A stretch of 64,000 bases of DNA, from positions 11,408,001 through 11,472,000 of the forward strand of contig OZ024755.1 in assembly GCA_964016885.1 (NCBI GenBank). The letters are read 5' to 3'. Numbering within the stretch: the first letter of the stretch is position 1; every line of letters begins with the position of its first letter. This DNA is from Eledone cirrhosa (Eukaryota). Below the pieces are notes generated by a model. It searched no databases, had not been told where the DNA came from, and was given only the letters and a program-made list of their open reading frames with translations. Made by a program: the position numbers and the translations under genes. Shown here piece by piece: positions 61,571 through 64,000 of this stretch.

Positions 61571-63379
61571 GTACACACACAAAATATCCATATGTACATA
61601 ACGTATACAATACAAACACATACTCGCATATATACACACACCGTTACAATGCAAGATCTAAGCAAATTGCATCGCAGCTGCACACATAAACTGCAAGACC
61701 AATGTGCAGTAATTCATCCCCTCCCCCACCTGCCAGTGATGACAGAGACACCGCCCCTCCACCCACGTTCAGCAAATACTCCCCCACTCTAACTACTCCT
61801 CACATTATTCAAGTAATGTTTCTATCTCACTTTTCTCACTGCCTTTCTTCTCTCCCTCTGCAGCCTCTCTCCCTCTCTATACCCGCTCCCCCTCTCTCAT
61901 TGGACGATCCACCCTTTCTCTCTCTCTTGGTGTCTCTCTCTCTCTCTTATTGATAGATCTTCCAGCCTTTCTCTCTTTCGTTAATAGTTTCCCCCACTTT
62001 TACTCTTCCTCTCACCCCCCCACCTAAATTCTTCATCCACCCCCACCCCTTTATTTTCTGTTCATATTATGTGTTTCTACCTCCTCCTCTAGTCACATAC
62101 GCCCCTAACACTGCCGCAACCGTCTCTCTGCCGCCACCATCCCTCTAACCACAACAGTAACTAAATAAAAAGCACAACGACCACCAAAATAACAACCACC
62201 CACACAACTAACACAACCACCAACAAAACAACCACAACCACTACCCCCCCCCCCTCCCCCCCAAAAAACAACCAACAACTACCAACACACTAACCACCAC
62301 AACAAGCACCATCAACAGCCCACAGCCACCACCAACACCACCACCACCACCACAACCTCAACTATCACAAAAGAAAAAAAGAATCTACAATCATTAATAT
62401 TACAACACTACCACCAATACATTAACTCGCACTATCCATTACCGCCTTTTTGAAAACTACTACCTATACACCACTTACAATCACTGTTTATCACTATCAC
62501 TAGGTACAGAGCTGTATATAGAACCATTTATATGTTATGTATAATAAATGTACACAGTCACCAGTTTTAGAACCACCACTACGACCAGCTTGAGTACTTC
62601 TTATACAAGTGATGCTCCAATCTTAAAACCTTAAACAGTGTAAGTGGCGAATTGTCAGAGTCATTAGAGCGTTAGATAGAATGTCCTATCTTCATTTTGG
62701 CTCACTGTGTGCGAAGTTCAAGTCTCACAGAGGCCAACTTTGTCTTTCATCGATAAAAAAAAGTAGCAGTCAAGTACCGGAGTCGATTCTTCCTCTATCT
62801 CTTCCTCACTTCCAAGCTCTCACCCTCTATCATTATCTGGAAGAAATCTGCTGTATTCAGACCTGAGAGATGGGTTTCTGCTAGATTTAAAAAGTGCCCT
62901 AGAAACGCCGTACGTCAATATGGTCTCCCTACGATTCCCACGGGTGTTACGGGGCCATGCATGAAAGCATTCCACATCATGTGAACATTATTCTATCATA
63001 AATCAAAGTGGATGCAGACATGGCTGCGTGGTTAAGGCTGTTAAATTCGTAATCAGAAGACTTGGGATTTGATCCCATTGCGTGGAATCTTGATGAAGTG
63101 TCTTTACCATAAGCCTCAGGTCAACCAAAGCTGAGGACCAAAGCTTTGAGTGAAATTGAATAGACGGAAACTAAAGAGAAACTCGTCTTTCATTCTTTCA
63201 AGTTCGATAAATGAAGTATCAGTCAAGCACTAGGGTTGAGCCTACACACCACCTATCCCCTCTCTCTCTTCTACTCCCTCTCATACCTACACACTCTCCT
63301 CCTCCTGAATCGCAAACGAAAAAGGGGTAAAAAAAGGAAGGGTCGCATAACGACACCAACAACCCTTTCATCCCTTCAA

Positions 63380-63820
63380 AGAGGGGGGGGGGGATAAGGG
63401 AGGCAATGGGAAAAGAGGGAGATGGAGAGAGGGAGGGTGAGAGAGTGAGAGGGAGATGGAGAGAGGGAGGGTGAGAGAGTGAGAGTGAGAGTGAGAGGGA
63501 GAGAGAGGGGGGGGAGAGAGGGAGGGCGAGGGAGGGGGAGAGAGGAGGGGAGGGGAGGGGGAGATAGGGGGAGGGGGGGAGATAGGGAGGGGGGGTGGGG
63601 AGAGATGGAGGGAGAGAGGGAAGAGAGGGAGGGAGAGGGAGGGAGAGAGAGGGAAGAGAGGGAGGGAGGGAGAGGGAGGGAGACGGGGAGAGAGAGATAC
63701 GGGGAGAGAGAGAGATACGTGGAGAGAGAGAGACGGGGAGAGAGAGAGAGAGACGGGGAATGAGAGACAGGGAGAGAGAGAGAGAGAGAGACGGGGAGAG
63801 AGAGAGACAGGGAGAGAGAT
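63380..63820. repeat. G/A-rich purine tract
   Basis: Direct reading. Confidence 0.9.
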
Positions 63821-64000
63821 TTGTCCGCCCCCAAATACTCCCCCTCATCCTTTCACTCATTCTCTCACTAACTCGAGTGAGATAGGTGGGCATAATCCGC
63901 ACATTTTTACAGAAGATCCAAGTGCAAAATATGGCGAGGGAGGGGGGGTATAGTGAACGAAAGTGTGCGGGGGTGGGGAAAAAAGGGTTAAGACAGGAAA

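Overview
AT-rich, repeat-saturated eukaryotic DNA. The SINE families and very long (TA)n/(GA)n/(CA)n tracts look like an octopus/cephalopod genome (from recall, not verified). I found no intact host protein-coding exon; nearly all ORFs in the track are microsatellite artefacts ([16 protein letters not shown], poly-M). The only recognisable coding remnants come from non-LTR retrotransposons: an R4/Dong-type RLE endonuclease tail at 28.4-28.7 kb, an RTE-clade reverse transcriptase at 40.3-41.3 kb, and an RTE 3' end at 54.6-54.8 kb. The notable hidden signal is a dense set of type I hammerhead ribozyme (HHR) motifs, folded by hand: CUGANGA core, stem II, GAAA, stem III, NUH, closing stem I. They sit in non-coding elements next to (TA)n and show the tandem/fold-back architecture of Penelope-like elements (PLEs) and retrozymes. 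The best case is a ~492-bp head-to-tail dimer plus inverted partial copy at 34477-35653, with one minimal HHR per monomer, predicting a 492-nt self-excised and possibly circular RNA. Other near-complete HHRs lie at 5.2/5.7, 33.8, 45.9, 47.3 and 59.9 kb, and eight copies of another family carry only the 3' half of an HHR. A young tRNA-derived SINE repeatedly re-inserts into its own ATTAT-starting target duplication. There are also two Tc1/mariner MITEs, a probable Helitron-type element, several minisatellites and two motif-dense unique islands that may be enhancers.
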